From NCBI RefSeq assembly GCF_001194135.2, contig NC_068981.1, positions 92,750,497 to 92,814,496 of the forward strand: a stretch of 64,000 nucleotides of DNA, in the 5' to 3' direction. The stretch comes from Octopus bimaculoides (Eukaryota). The notes beneath the pieces were generated by a model. It had not been told where the DNA came from. It saw only the letters and a program-made list of their open reading frames with translations, and ran no database searches. The position numbers and the translations under genes were made by a program. Numbering within the stretch: position 1 is the stretch's first letter; each line of letters opens with the position of its first letter. Positions 12,636 through 27,149 of the stretch are shown one piece after another.

Positions 12636-13330
12636 TTAGGTTGCATTTAGATTAGTGGTAAGAAAAAATCGGCGTTTGCATGTAACTAGGGCCTCATTAT
12701 ATTTATTTAGTAGTATTAAAGAGTTGTGTTTTAATATGTGGAATGCTTCTTTTAGGCATAACTTACAGGCTGAACGTTGACCTTCGTATGGAAGCCCTGA
12801 ATCTATTATGGACCATGACAAGATGTAAGGAATATTTCTGTTTTTGAGATGATGTGTGTGACTGGCGAGTGTTGTGGATTTGCTATGTTTCTCGTATCTA
12901 AAAGAATTGAGACGCGCAGCGTATCGCGCTGTTTAAAATTTATAGTTAACCCTATATATACGGTTGTAGAATTGTGTAACGTGTTGAGGACGGTTCATTT
13001 CTAAATTACTTTAGACCTTCTGCAATGCGTTTGGAGAGTGCAGATGGTCCTAGGATGGCAGTTACATGGTTATGTATTGTGGGGATTATTCTCAGGAATG
13101 GAGGAGGCAATACTGTCAGAGGAGAGGTTAGAGATGGGGTAGATGATAGTTGCTTTCCTTAAACTGATGCTAGACACTCACATATTTGATATATACATGA
13201 ATATTGTATTATAGTGTAAAAGGCAGGATCACCACGTTCTCTAAATGAATTTCAGACGTTAGGGTATATTTGTTCAGGAAAGCAATATGATCGGGAGAAT
13301 TTTTCAAAATAGTTTTGGTAATTTGGTTGT
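12636..13330 (-). mobile_element. Penelope-like element GIY-YIG endonuclease fragment
   Basis: Minus frames: VYIGLT.NFKQR; RYEKHSKSTTLASH..HLK; LSWSIIDSGLPYEGQRSACKLCLKEAFHIL..LLNKYNEALVTCK. This matches the Penelope-clade C-terminus. Confidence 0.8.
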
Positions 13331-13990
13331 CTTATTTCTGGACTACTAAACGGCATACATGTACACACACAAAACTTTTACTCTTCAACCACGATTGACT
13401 ACCATCTACGGGAAGTAACTTTTCTTTATTCATCCCGGAAAATGTTATACATTTTCACTATGTTTCATTCCAGTTCTTTCTTACCAACAGCAAGCTAACA
13501 AATGTCAACATGTACTTACTGCATAAAAGAGTCTATGAGCTTCAAAATACCATGCTAGAAGAGACGTCAATAATTCCAAGTGCAACAGTAGATGCGGATA
13601 CGCGTTGACATCCTGACCACTTACATACAATAATCGATAATATACAGCTTAACGATATAAAATTTCGTGTGCATGTATGTTGGTGTATCTTGAAAGCTTT
13701 CGTTTATTGATTTTAGCAGAATAATTTCTCACCTGAATAAATATATACGGGATTAGGAAGTCCAGAGACGTATGTATTCTTGAGGTCATACTAAGTGTCT
13801 TTGAGTTACCGGCGTAATGCATCGTACTAGCTGCCAAAATGTCTCTGTCTCACTCATCTTATTTACATGGTATGGTTTGAACAGCAACCATGGAATAGGG
13901 TTGAATGCAGTTACCGTTTTTAACAAACAGCAATTCTTGATCATTGAGGTCATTCTACTGCGCTATATACATACATATATATACATACAT

Positions 13991-14031
<41 letters not shown>

Positions 14032-14324
14032 AAAAGAGAGAGAGAGAGGGGGAAAGAGATACATACGTATATTCATTCATATATATATCCATATATATAC
14101 ACATATATATACACACACATATACACACACATATATATATGCATACACATACGTATGTGTTTGTGTGTGTGTGCGTGTGTGTGAAAAGTTACGTTCCTGG
14201 AATAGTATAGCAAGGCAAATAATAACTTAATCATAGTCCAATATTTCGGATATAAAAACTCCTTCTTCACAGATTGCTAGGAAATAACAGTCACTGTTAT
14301 AGTCGGTTTTCTTATATATATATA

Positions 14325-14834
14325 AGAGAATATTACTATTCATAACTCACAATAATATCAGTGGCTAGCATGCGTAAAAGAAAACCCATAAGGGTAATAA
14401 TTATTAATTAATAATAAAGCATACTATTGGAAGCATGAGCATGCTAAAAATAGCAGCAAAGAGTGTTAGCTACTAATATTATTGTGAATTATGAACAATA
14501 ATATCCTCATATATTATATTGTTCACTTCGATCACCTTTTGAAATTTGCTGTGGTATTAAAAATGCTCATCGTGCACATAGATGAGATGAGCAGACGTTT
14601 TGTCTTGGGTCAGTAAGACTCGCTGATTCGGTACTAAGTGTTAAATCACAAAGTTCGAAATTACTGTGATACCGGTATGTCTGATTTTTCGTTTACGACT
14701 TTTTCGTCAATGGTACGGGGTCTTAAATTTTTTTTTACTCAATCCCCCGACTTCACCATTGGGTAAAAATGAAAACGTATGTTTTTGAGTCAGTGTTGAT
14801 TGCTATTTTTAGCATACTGGTGCTTCCAATAGTA
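14325..14834. mobile_element. MITE-like remnant with two interleaved inverted-repeat pairs
   Basis: 14325-14370 pairs with 14464-14508, and 14422-14455 pairs with 14801-14834 (tactattggaagca..atgctaaaaatagca / tgctatttttagcat..tgcttccaatagta). Confidence 0.6.
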
Positions 14835-16204
14835 CTCTGTTTACCAATTACCATGTTTACAAATTATTAGATACTTTTGAAACAAATCGAGCCTGTCATT
14901 TCATATGTCATACTTGATTGTCCTTTGAAAACTTATATTAGTTTTAATTTGTGTAATATTTCTGATTTGGTTATGTTTTATTTTCGTATATGTTCATACT
15001 TTCTTATGATTGATCAATAAATATAAATGTGTCGCCCTTTCTGCAGTACCACACTCTTATATCATAATATTTACAGTACTACTTGGAATACTTTTTATGT
15101 ATATCTATAACGTTAGTTGCGTTGAAAATATTGTGACCTTTGGGTTATTAGAGAAATTATTCCACACCTGTGCCAAACTTTATCTGGTTTTATTGAATGG
15201 CAAATCCATTCAAATGTTCTGGATTAGCAGGATATAACTCTGAAGTCCTTTCCGTTCGTTTATCCTGGATGACATTATTTGCAATTCGTTCTACTAATGT
15301 GTTCGTCTTTCAATCCAAATTTTTTCATTGCATTGTCAGAGTATTGAAAAGATCCTCTGAATATCCTGGTGTGAGAAGATAAAGTTGGCATAATATCATC
15401 GGTAACTTAATTGCCAATATTTCTAACCAGGTACAGAAAAATGCTTAGTCTAAACTCTGAATACATCTTTAGAAATATATTATAGCTGACGTCAAAGAGT
15501 AAATTTCTCACAGAGGTATTATTTGAGTTGAAAAGGATTAGACCGGACACAGAGAAAACCTTCTCAAATAGATATAAACAGTATATGTACTTCATACAGA
15601 TTTCAATCAAAAGACATGGTATAGTTGGTATGTGAAAGAGATGAAGCATATAAATATGCTGATCTGTAATTGAAAACGCCAAAATTCATTAGAATTGTCT
15701 AAGATTAAATGTTATCTTTGTATAACAAACGTATGTAATCTTCGCACGTGTTTCATGAAAAGCAACGCAACGTAGTGAAACACAACTTAACACTAAAAGT
15801 ATTATGCCATTGCAGATATGACATTTAGCCAGGCGTCAACACAATTTTTATGTAGAAATATTGTTGCTTGTATTATACCATACGAAATCTATAGAAAATA
15901 TAGCATGAAACAAATACTTATGTGGTCTACAAACTTAGCTGTAAACAATGTTTAACATCATGTGCCTCCGGAGAAATTCAATTAACAAAAATAATATTCA
16001 ATTTCACTCAATTGAATATATTTGTGCCTATGTGTTTATGTGTATTTGTATGTTCTTTGTGGGCGTATGCGTATATGGACGTATTTCGTTTCATTTCTGT
16101 GTATATCTATGTATATAAAAATATGCTAATAAATTCTATCCATACGAATGGTACAAACATCAGATTTAATTTAGGTGAGTTACGGAAAGAGAAATAAAAC
16201 AATT

Positions 16205-16330
16205 TTTATACAGAAATATTGGTTTCAAATTTTGGCACAAGGTCAGCAGTTTCGGGGAAGGGGTCAGGTCGATTGCATCAACCCTAGTGTTCAATTGTTA
16301 CTTATCTTATCGACACCAAAACTAGAGAAG
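16205..16330 (-). mobile_element. SINE 3' fragment
   Basis: aaattttggcacaagg..gtcgatt..atcaacc matches the tail of the 6788 family. Confidence 0.55.
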
Positions 16331-17513
16331 ACAAAGCAGAACTCGACAGAACTTCATATATATNNNNNNNNNNNNNNNNNNNNNNNNNNNNNNNNNNNNN
16401 NNNNNNNNNNNNNNNNNNNNNNNNNNNNNNNNNNNNNNNNNNNNNNNNNNNNNNNNNNNNNNNNNNNNNNNNNNNNNNNNNNNNNNNNNNNNNNNNNNNN
16501 NNNNNNNNNNNNNNNNNNNNNNNNNNNNNNNNNNNNNNNNNNNNNNNNNNNNNNNNNNNNNNNNNNNNNNNNNNNNNNNNNNNNNNNNNNNNNNNNNNNN
16601 NNNNNNNNNNNNNNNNNNNNNNNNNNNNNNNNNNNNNNNNNNNNNNNNNNNNNNNNNNNNNNNNNNNNNNNNNNNNNNNNNNNNNNNNNNNNNNNNNNNN
16701 NNNNNNCGCATACACACGTGTGTCTTTGTAAATATGTTTGTATACACTTATGTATGTGTTTGTTTGTAAGAGACAGAGCGTGAGTGAGAGAGAGAGGTTT
16801 GTTGTCATGTATACGTACATGCATAAATATACATACATCTTTGGATGTATGCATATGACAACACAGCCCTTGACTCACTCACACTCTGTCTCTTACAAAC
16901 ACGCACGCGCGCGCATACGCACGTGTGTCTTTGTAAATATGTTTGTATACATTTATGTATGTGTGTGTTTGTAAGAGACAGAGTGTGAGTGAGTCAAGGG
17001 GTGTGTGTGTGCGTGTGTATGTGTGTGAGAGAGAGTGAGAGAGCGGTGTGTATGTAGTATTTACTTTCTCTCTCTCTCTCTGTCATACACACTCACACAC
17101 ACACTCACACACAAAATAGAGAGTGAAAGCTTTTTGCCGTTGTTACGTCAATACCCGAAGTTGACATTGAGGAACCTTTTTAAAGAAGTGAATCTTAAAT
17201 ATAAAGCAATATTATTTATTTTTAATTTAAAAAATCAAATGAAGAGCCTAAAATTTATCCGAGGTCAAATTATTCATGCATTACNNNNNNNNNNNNNNNN
17301 NNNNNNNNNNNNNNNNNNNNNNNNNNNNNNNNNNNNNNNNNNNNNNNNNNNNNNNNNNNNNNNNNNNNNNNNNNNNNNNNNNNNNNNNNNNNNNNNNNNN
17401 NNNNNNNNNNNNNNNNNNNNNNNNNNNNNNNNNNNNNNNNNNNNNNNNNNNNNNNNNNNNNNNNNNNNNNNNNNNNNNNNNNNNNNNNNNNNNNNNNNNN
17501 NNNNNNNNNNNNN

Positions 17514-17559
<46 letters not shown>

Positions 17560-17873
17560 ATATTGATTAATAAAAAAAACTCGTTTTATGGAAATAGAGT
17601 TTCGATGCAATTTTATAATCAAAGTATTACTGGAAAACAAGGATAAAATAAAATCTTGAATCGTTGTTTGTTTCAAAAAACAGTGATTTATAAATACAAT
17701 CCAAGATTGAAAATTTTCAAATAAACGAATTGAAAATATTGAATATATTAATAGATAAGTCTGAGAGCAAACAGATTTCTTTTTTAATGTAGGCGATCTG
17801 AGTATTTTTAAAATGCCTTTGACGCCCCTGAGAGATTTTGCATGAACTATTTATTAACATTATTACGCTAATT

Positions 17874-18072
17874 AAGGCAGCGAGCTGACAGATTCGTTAT
17901 CGCGTCGAGCAAAGTACTTAGCGGCATTTTGTCCATCTTCGTGTTATAAGTACAAAAGCCACCGATATCGACTTTGTCTTTCATTCTCCTAGAGTCGATG
18001 ACATAAGTTTCCCCTGACTACTGGAGTCAACAGAATCGACTCATCGCCACCTCTTGTGTCAAGATTTGAAGC

Positions 18073-18115
<43 letters not shown>

Positions 18116-18140
18116 ATTATTATTATTATTATTATTATTT
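17874..18140 (+). mobile_element. tRNA-derived SINE followed by (TTA)n
   Basis: aaggcagcgagctgacaga head, cttagcggcatttt, cgacttt..ttcat, ggagtcaac..atcgact; same family as 33262. Confidence 0.75.
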
Positions 18141-20556
18141 ACTCTGTTTCTGACCGTATTTTCCTGCTATTTCAATTGACATCGTTATTTTCCTTCAATC
18201 ATTATTGTTTTGTTTTTCGTTGTGCTAATTCTAACCATTATATTTTTGCAGTTGTATTAAAATGTGTGATTTGGATATTTAAATTGTTCTATACTTTGTC
18301 TTTTATAGTGATCTTGTTTGGTTATACTTTCAAACAATTTTATATCTATGTAAAACTGATATGTGGTTTCTGTAATAGTTTCTTGAAAACACTAAATGTT
18401 CCACAATATCCTGGATTTTAAATCAAGTAACTTTGCGTCTCATTCTGGATGTGTTAACCGTCTTCAGTTCCGTGAGGCGTTTTATTTCCTAAAATGTCCA
18501 ATTTGTATAGGATTACATCTACATGAGTCTCCAATGTCGTCTCCTCATCAATGGTCAATAACAAGAAACAGATTTATGGAATCGTGAGATTTGATGCGAT
18601 TCCATAATTATAATGATACTCGAAACAAACGAGCCAGCTCCAAATCTACTCTATAACTTTAAATCTATTTAAAGTAAAGCCTTCATGCGCCCTACAAATT
18701 ATCTAGTCTTTCCTCGAAGTTCTCTAAGATATTCTGTTCTTTTCAGCTGCCCCCCCCCCCATTGTCCGTATACAGAGAAATACAATACTAATGTGAACCG
18801 TTGTTTATGAATTATCTCGACATCAATAGTACTTTAGTCGTTATTTTACTATGCGAATTTTTTTATGTAAGCAACCGATCTCTGATATCTCATTCTCGAG
18901 GAAATAGTTGTTCACTGCCAAGTCAAAGTCATCGGCATTCTACATTTTATGACATAATTTTCAATTGAGCTCCACTAATTGTAGTATTAAGAAAATCACT
19001 TAGCATCAACCAAAGTTGGCTTTTCATTGGGTTCTTATGTGTGTGAAAAATTATATATATATTATTTTGCTTCTCTCGGTCATTCGATTGTAACTACATT
19101 ATGTGCAGTGTGCTATGTTGTACTTCTCATAAAAAGAAAATGATTTTCCAACCACTTAATGAGATTCAGCGCTTGAGTGGGATAATATTTTTATGAATAT
19201 TAAACTTATGCTGATCATATATAGAAATCCACACCTGGATACGAAAAGTAGAAGTGCTGCTTACATTTATTACATTATCGCATAGAAAATGTATGCGGTC
19301 ATCCATTTTATGACAAAGGCGAAAGAGTCAGTTATAAGCCCCAATGACACCCATATGTAATTCAGTTTTGTTTCTCAATTGCAATTAATTTGCTTCACTT
19401 ACATCCTTAATTCGCTTGACAAAGTTTATAAAAGCAACAATATTGATTTGCGCTCCGTTGAACACTTGTTAGATGGATACTTTAGATCAACGGTATGGAA
19501 TCAGTGAAGCATAATTATTAGAATGATGAAGGGGGACAGAATTATAAGGCATTGTATTATGCATTTGTGTGTTTGTTGATTTTTGTACACGTGTATATAT
19601 TATCTCTCTGGTCACATGAATAGTTTCTGCTTGAATAAGTGTATGGATATTTATAGAAATTTTTCTGTTATATTACTATCTATAAATATAATGGAAATTC
19701 GAAATCGAAGCTTAAGAATCAGTTATTTTTCCATGTGAAAGATACTTTAATACAGGTTTATGTAACCATTACATGCTATCTATCGGGTAAAACATTGTCA
19801 TAAATCCAATGAAAATTGGGATCGTTACTCAATCATTTTAATATATGTGTTTGTGTCTGCAAATATAAATGGATGCCAATATGTGTGTATGTATGTATGT
19901 ATGCCTGTATGTATGTATGTATGTATGTATGTATGTATGTATGTATGTATCTATGTGTGTATTCATATATGTAAGGCAGCCAAATGGCATAATGTTTGAA
20001 GTGACTGTGTAAATTTTACAGTAAACATTTCGATTCTCAGTGCAGTCAAATCAAATTTCTTAATAATGCAACACATGAATCAAGATGTACCGTTGCTGAT
20101 ACCGGTATAGTTTGTTCTCTTTTTTTTCTGTCATTATAACTTAATTACTGTGTTTCATACACAATACTCTTATTGTCTTTGTTGCTCTTTAACTCCATTC
20201 CAACTCCAATCGAGTGAAATTATGATCAAAAGCGATTCATTCTCGGTCACGCTATATTTTTGTATATTTTAAAAAGCTGTAATTTAATTTATCATTATCT
20301 CTTTCTTCATTCGCCAATATTGGTAACAATATGATTTAAATATAAATGTAGCTCCTTGCTCTTAATATATAATAAGGCATGATAAAATCATCACTACGAG
20401 CAATAAAAATAAAAACAAAAATGCAGAGCCGTACTTGGGGAAGAATATTCCTAAAGAATCAAACTTAACTAGAAAGTTCAAGGTTAACAAATTCGACACA
20501 AGAAGACCACGGGATTACATACAAACGTAGAAAGGTTTTTTGGGGGGAGAAACCAA

Positions 20557-21074
20557 TACTCTTTTACTCTTTTACTTGCTTCAGTCATTTGACTGTGGCC
20601 ATGCTGGAGCACCGCCTTTAGTCGAGTAAATCGACCCCTGGACTTATTCTTTGGAAGCCTTATTCTCTCGGTCTTTTTGCCGAACCACTAAGTTATGGGG
20701 ACGTAAACACACCAGCATTGGTTGTCAAGCGATGTTGGGGGGGGGGGACAAACACAGACACACAAACATATACACACACATACATATGTATANNNNNNNN
20801 NNNNNNNNNNNNNNNNNNNNNNNNNNNNNNNNNNNNNNNNNNNNNNNNNNNNNNNNNNNNNNNNNNNNNNNNNNNNNNNATATATATATATATATATATA
20901 TACATATATACGACGAGCTTCTTTCAGTTTCCGTCTACCAAATCCACTTACAAGGCTTTGGTCGGCCCGAGGCTATAGTAGAAGACACTTCCCCAAGATG
21001 CCACGCAGTGGGACTGAACCCAGAACCATGTGGTTGGTAAGCAAGCTACTTACCACACAGCCACTCCCGCGCCT
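20557..21074 (-). mobile_element. Full-length tRNA-derived SINE with internal (CA)/(TA) microsatellite (N-gap inside)
   Basis: The minus strand begins aggcgcgggagtggctgtgtggtaag..ggttcagtccc (A and B boxes) and ends in an (aaaagagta)n-like tail. Confidence 0.9.
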
Positions 21075-21689
21075 ATAAGTTTAAATTTGTATCGAAACTG
21101 CTGGTTCTTCTTTCCAAAATCGTTGTATAACACAATAGTTCCGTTAAATATAAATAGAATGATGGACACATTCATACACAGTCAATGAAACGCTTTAGTA
21201 GTTCTCATTACGTATCTATTTTATAATCATACGGTTTGGCCATGTCGATTTTCATGCTTTTTGCAAACTTGTCAATGAAAATATTTTCATATTTTCTAAT
21301 TTATACGGTATTTGTAAGAAGTCTATTTCTTAGTATTTTTCTTATCATATTCAAAGATATCGATCGAGGCAGCTGTAATCGGATGGCTTATTATACCATG
21401 TAAATCTATACTATTGTGTCTACAAGTTTATTTTGTTTGAGGTACTGGGTCAAATTGATTCCAAGTAGCGTATTATTAGAAAAAACACAGCAGACATATG
21501 ACATTCGAAATCTGTATTCAGGAAGATCTACTTTCAATACATCTAGTGGAGATGACATGTACCGGTATTGCGAAAGTAGAAGCTTATGTTTCCTATTTCA
21601 TGCCACATCTCTTCCACTGGGCGAAAGAGATTTCGTTCTTCAATTTATGAATAATATTGATTTCGAAATTTGACACATGACCAGCAATT

Positions 21690-21805
21690 CCAGGAAGGAG
21701 CTAAGTCGATTTCATCAACCCCAGTTCTCATTTGGTATTTATTTTATCCACTCTGAAAGTATGAAAGGCAAGGTAGACTTCAGCGGCATTTGAACTAAGA
21801 ACATG
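21690..21805 (-). mobile_element. SINE fragment
   Basis: aagtcgattt..ccccagt..tggtatttattttatc..tgaaaggcaaggtagac matches the 6788/33262 family. Confidence 0.55.
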
Positions 21806-22420
21806 TGGACGGATGGTTTTATGAATAAATATTTTACGGCTCTTTACGATAGTTGACTTAGATATCTTAAACTATGTCCGATGCTCTAAATTGAGAAAAC
21901 TTTACCTCTTCAAAGCACCATACACATTATTTGAAGGATGCTGCTGTAGAAGAAATAATCAATTTGCTATCTCTTTACGATCATATTGACTACCGATCCA
22001 TGAGTAGGATGTTAATGTATGCCAAGCTAACATTGCTAACTGACACGCAAAATCCACTCCGCCCCAAGAACGTCCGTACCAATTATGCATAGTCATTGAC
22101 TGACCGACATCTTGAGCAATCCCTGAATATTTTTGTATTATATTTCTCGTTTCACAAGCTAACCATCGTTAATAGCAATAGCAGGAGCAACCTTTTTATC
22201 ACCATCCTCTTATATTAAAAAAAATTATGCGAATTACTAATACAGCGTCAGATTGTGTAGGTTACTCTGTAAGCTAAATACATTTTCTTGGCTTTTGAAT
22301 TTTCTTTGTTACTCAGTTGAAGCAACTCAGTGGTACATAGTTGAGTATGTATCAAATTAAATGAGGATTATAGTCTCAAGTAATACATATGTGTGGGTGT
22401 GAAGGGATCAAGAGTCAGTA

Positions 22421-22466
<46 letters not shown>

Positions 22467-25400
22467 TGTGTAAAGAACTGGTAGAATTTTGGAAATAAAA
22501 TCGTATTTCTAATTTCTTTCGCCAACTACTCGGCGTTAACAAAGCCATTACTTTTAGAAGAATGTCTCGGAGTTAGGTGAAATGGGTATCGATCTCAATG
22601 CACGGCAAGCGAATGGAGTGATCGAATGTTTTTTATTTCGTTGATTTACAATACTTTTCTCAAAAATTTATCATATGGGCATTACTATATTATTATGCCA
22701 TAATATTACCAGCTGTATGATAGCCTGGGTCCGTAGATGATCTTTATAGCGCAGACTCCTTGGTTAACACACAAGCGAAATCACCAGCCTTTTAAAGCTG
22801 AGTCGAATTGACTCAAAAGCAAACTTAGCGATTCGTTAGAATTCAAGTAAATATTTACTACAATGAAATAAATAGTACGGTGTATAATATGTAGGTTATC
22901 CCACCATGGCCGCAATATACTAAAAACATAATCTGACGCTAGAAGCATGGTTCAGATTTATGTAGGAATGATTTAACAAAAGAGAGGAAAAGAATGACAT
23001 ATTCCAGAGGACATGTAAAATTTTGAACCAACATATGAAAAGTTAGAGAATACCAATCATTTATAACGAATATTGTGTTCTTAATGTTGTTTTCACAATA
23101 AAGTATCGATTCTATCGCTTTGGCACAATGACAGTCTATGCAGTCAACTGAATCAACTTCAGTATGGTACTAGAACTTAGATTATTTTGAAGTCGAATGC
23201 TACTGTATTGGAACTAGTGTTTTATTGAATCAAAAATAATTAGTGTCATTATATTACGTTATTTACTTTATTAAATAAATAATATTTTATGTTCAAGTGA
23301 AATCATATAAGAAAGAGATAGAAAACGACGCTGAAAACATGATTCATATAGTAGTAACGGGGAGGAATTATAAACAGTAAAAACATATAGATAAATAATG
23401 AAAATACGCATATCAAATGAATGTGCTCTATCTATAATCATTAAGGTTATATGAATCCTAAAATATATCAGGAGATAGAATATAACAGGAAAAGAGAATA
23501 AATGGAAGATGTGAATATAGTATAGCGTATTTCCAAAAACAAACAAAAACCGCAAAACTTTTGTCTGTTCCTCCGCTTGTTTTGAAGTCATTATAAACGT
23601 CTGATAAATGCTGGTTGTTACAAAATGAATGAGTAATAGGTACAATACACCTATATATGTCTCATATGACAATGTTTATGAATTCATAGAGGAATTTTCA
23701 AATAGTTACCATAAATAAAATTACTATAGCTCTCATTATTTTCTTGAGTTTGCTGCAGATAAATACACCTATATAATTTATGAAACATTGAAGACAATAA
23801 TGGAGTCAGTTAAGTTAATCAGTCTGGGATCTCACAGAGAAATATAAATAGAAAATGCCTTCACAGAAGAGCTTATCTCTAAAACCAAAAAAAAAAAAAA
23901 AAATTACAAACATATTTAAATATCTAAAACATAAACAGCATTAATTCATCAGAATTTAATAGTACAGCACAAGCATGTTATCGAGAGTGGATTCAGTGTA
24001 GTATATAAATATATAGAAATAACAAGCAAACATCTAACCATATTAATATCACTTCATTCTCAAACTTATTTACAATCTATTTACTATCCAACTAAACGGA
24101 TGACCTATTTCATTACCGCCCTATCACGTCTCTACCATTTTATATGATGCTCCACATTGTGTCCGTAAACTGGATTGTTTAAAATTACAAAGAAATGAAA
24201 GGAATTTCAAAGGAAGCCTAATATATATGTATATACATATATATGTATTATATGTATATATATGTGTGTGGGTGTATGTATGTATATATATNNNNNNNNN
24301 NNNNNNNNNNNNNNNNNNNNNNNNNNNNNNNNNNNNNNNNNNNNNNNNNNNNNNNNNNNNNNNNATTATATGCTTTAAAGATTTGACCGTCAACCTAAAA
24401 TATCGGAGCGTATGAGATGAAAGCACATACGTACGAGTAAAGACCTGTTTTGTACTTCAAACAATTGTGTCTATTGAATGAATTGCTGTAAATGGTTACA
24501 TGTAATCAGTTCAGTCAATTATTTGATAAGACCATAAAAGATATTTAAGAAAACTACGTTGGCGACTTCATTTTTATATTCTTTAAAATATTTATAAAGA
24601 ATTAGCAGGCAGCTCTTGGGATTTCTTATAATAATTTAACCGCAAGCACTAAAGTCACTGCTATATCGGCCGACATAAGTTAAGGTTGTAGGACGGCTGT
24701 TTCCCATTTCAGTTAATATCTGTTATTCGACTCATAATATTTAGAATGTAAAACAAGATCTGTTTCCGGTTTTAACTGCATAGAATCCCACTAAAGTAGC
24801 AAGCGCCTGGGAGAGAACTCTGGTCTGTTCAATTTTTGAACGTCCTGCCCCTAACTCTAGGTTGACCTCAAAATGTTATAGGATGCTAACTAAGCTATAA
24901 AATCGAAGAAATTATCGTTATTCTAATTTCAGATATCATGTTAATGACGAATAGAAGAGAGGATTTATCGACGCTCTCCCTTACACAGAAAGATTCAAAA
25001 TGAGATACGCTTATACCATAACTTGGGAAATTCTTTTAAGATTTTCGACCAGCATTCCTCGCTAATTAAAATGCAATTTGAACTGAAGCAGTTATATGAG
25101 AACAATGCATCAATATTAGCATGTTTAGTAACTGATGATGTCCCATAGATTGGCGATAATACCAATACTATAAACATTTCTTTAACATGGACATAAACAT
25201 GGAACGGATATCAAATTGTAATCAACTATTCGATTTTCCCTTATTTACTTTGCAAACATATATCTTCTCTATAAACAATCAGGACAAGACGAGGTGAAAT
25301 TCTCAATTGCATATTGGTGTACGCGCGGGGACTTGGTAATTTCATCAGATAGTTAGAAACATGTACACAATATACTGCCTGGCACCAGTTTACATCTGTA

Positions 25401-25479
25401 ATCTTTTGGTGTATCTTCTAAGAATATTTCGCCCTTAAATGCGTTGCTCTCCTTCATGTATGTGATTTTGAAAGTAATT

Positions 25480-25640
25480 ACAGATTACCTCTTCATTTTG
25501 TGTAGGGGATGAACATTTGTCACTGAAATGGGAGCCTCTCAAGATAAGGCTGTTCACTAGAGAATGTAGGTTTCGCTTGAAAGGATATTGGCTTGTCCTT
25601 ACCCTTCCGCATCGCATTCCATTGGGGTTCATACTTATAT
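25480..25640 (-). mobile_element. Possible RTE/CR1-type RT remnant
   Basis: Minus agggtaaggacaagccaatatcctttca..cctacattctctagtgaacagc resembles GVRQG.ILSP.LF.LV only after allowing frameshifts. Confidence 0.25.
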
Positions 25641-26879
25641 TAAATGGAGACTTTCTGCTTAGTTTCTATATTCTTTGACGGTTTAATCATTCTTGACCAC
25701 CGTCTAAACCTTCCACGTCTCCGCAAGACGTTGTAACACACTACTAGTTGCTAAGGTGTGACAAAAGAGTGTTTGTCACTGACGATCAGGAACGGATACG
25801 TGGTATGCCCCTTAAAAAATTTACGGAACTGCCATGAAGAGTGTAGCAATCCATGACAACAACTCTCGACTATACCCATATTACAGTGGGAAGAAAATAT
25901 GAGCCTCAAGCAAACGTTACGATCCTTAAAATTACCGTTGTGCTTTGCTGCATTCTGACATGGGACTCAAAACAATGATTAGGTATTACAGGTACAATTT
26001 CTACAGGTCTTTTGCCTCCTTCTCGATTTTGAATAGCAGATAGATTGTTCATTATGCTTTTTCTCTACGTATTGTAAAGTTGCTTGTAAAGAAATTTATT
26101 ATCTGAACCTCCCAGAGCGCAGATTAATTCTTCCAATTCTTGAAGCAGCAGTGGACAAGTTTAGTTATTGTCCACTGCTAAACGAATTATTTGAGCAACA
26201 AGATAAACGTTTCATTACAGAAACGCTTCTACAGTTCTATTTTCGACTGTGCCTCAATAATATTTAGAGATTGAATGCTGTAGGAAGTTCAAGAAAACTG
26301 GTTAGAATGACAAAAATACGCCTATCTTATCGATTACTATATTGTTTCCAGCGTCCTAAAAAAGTGTTAAGCTACAGAGCAGGTGTAGGCTAGTTATTAG
26401 CTGTTTTTATGTTATGTTAATTTATTTCATTTTTGCTAGGTGTTTGTAGAAATAATAGTTTTCTTTTCCGATATTTGGTGGGTTCCACTTGGTTGATTGG
26501 ATGTTATAACAAACCCAACGAAATTTTGAAATAACATTCAAGAAATGTTTTTCTTGCGAAATAACAGTTTAAAAGAATTTCACTTGCTTTTTGAAATATT
26601 TATGCAAGTAAAAATATTAATCGAATGCATGTAAAAATATTGATAGAACTTTCGAAGAATGTGTTAAGATTCAATGACGTCAAATCAAAACAAAATGATA
26701 TGAAAGATTAAATATAGTTTTTTCGTTGTAAAGCGAGAATCAATTCAATAAAACATCCATAGTCTTGTGAAGCAGCATTGGCCACATAAAAAAAATCATG
26801 TAATTTTTAAAACCCTTGGAAATAGAAGCTAACAGTGTGAGCTGAAGTAAACACGAGTGCACTCACTGAAAATCCAATA

Positions 26880-26883
26880 ATGA

Positions 26884-26945
<62 letters not shown>

Positions 26946-27000
26946 ATAGTAGTAGTAGTAGTAGCAGTACCAGCAGTAGCAGCAGCAGCAGCAGCAGCAA
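26880..27000 (+). repeat. Compound (TAG)n/(CAG)n microsatellite
   Basis: Direct reading. Confidence 0.97.
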
Positions 27001-27149
27001 CATGAGGATGAGGTGGAGAGCGTGGAGGAGTACGGGCATCAGAAGCATTAGCAGCGGCAGTCATAATAGTAGTCATAGTGGTAAAAATTACATTATTACA
27101 AAATGTGTCCTATAAAAATATTATATCTTTTTTTGCCGTTTACTTCTTT

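Noticed and set aside
16717-16995. ~75-bp direct repeat about 204 bp apart
   Set aside because: It lies in (CA/GT)-rich low-complexity sequence beside a gap; an ordinary local duplication.
23540-24152. Possible minus-strand micro-exons (about 23550-23610 and about 24125-24160)
   Set aside because: They are too short to distinguish from chance AG/GT pairs without RNA data.
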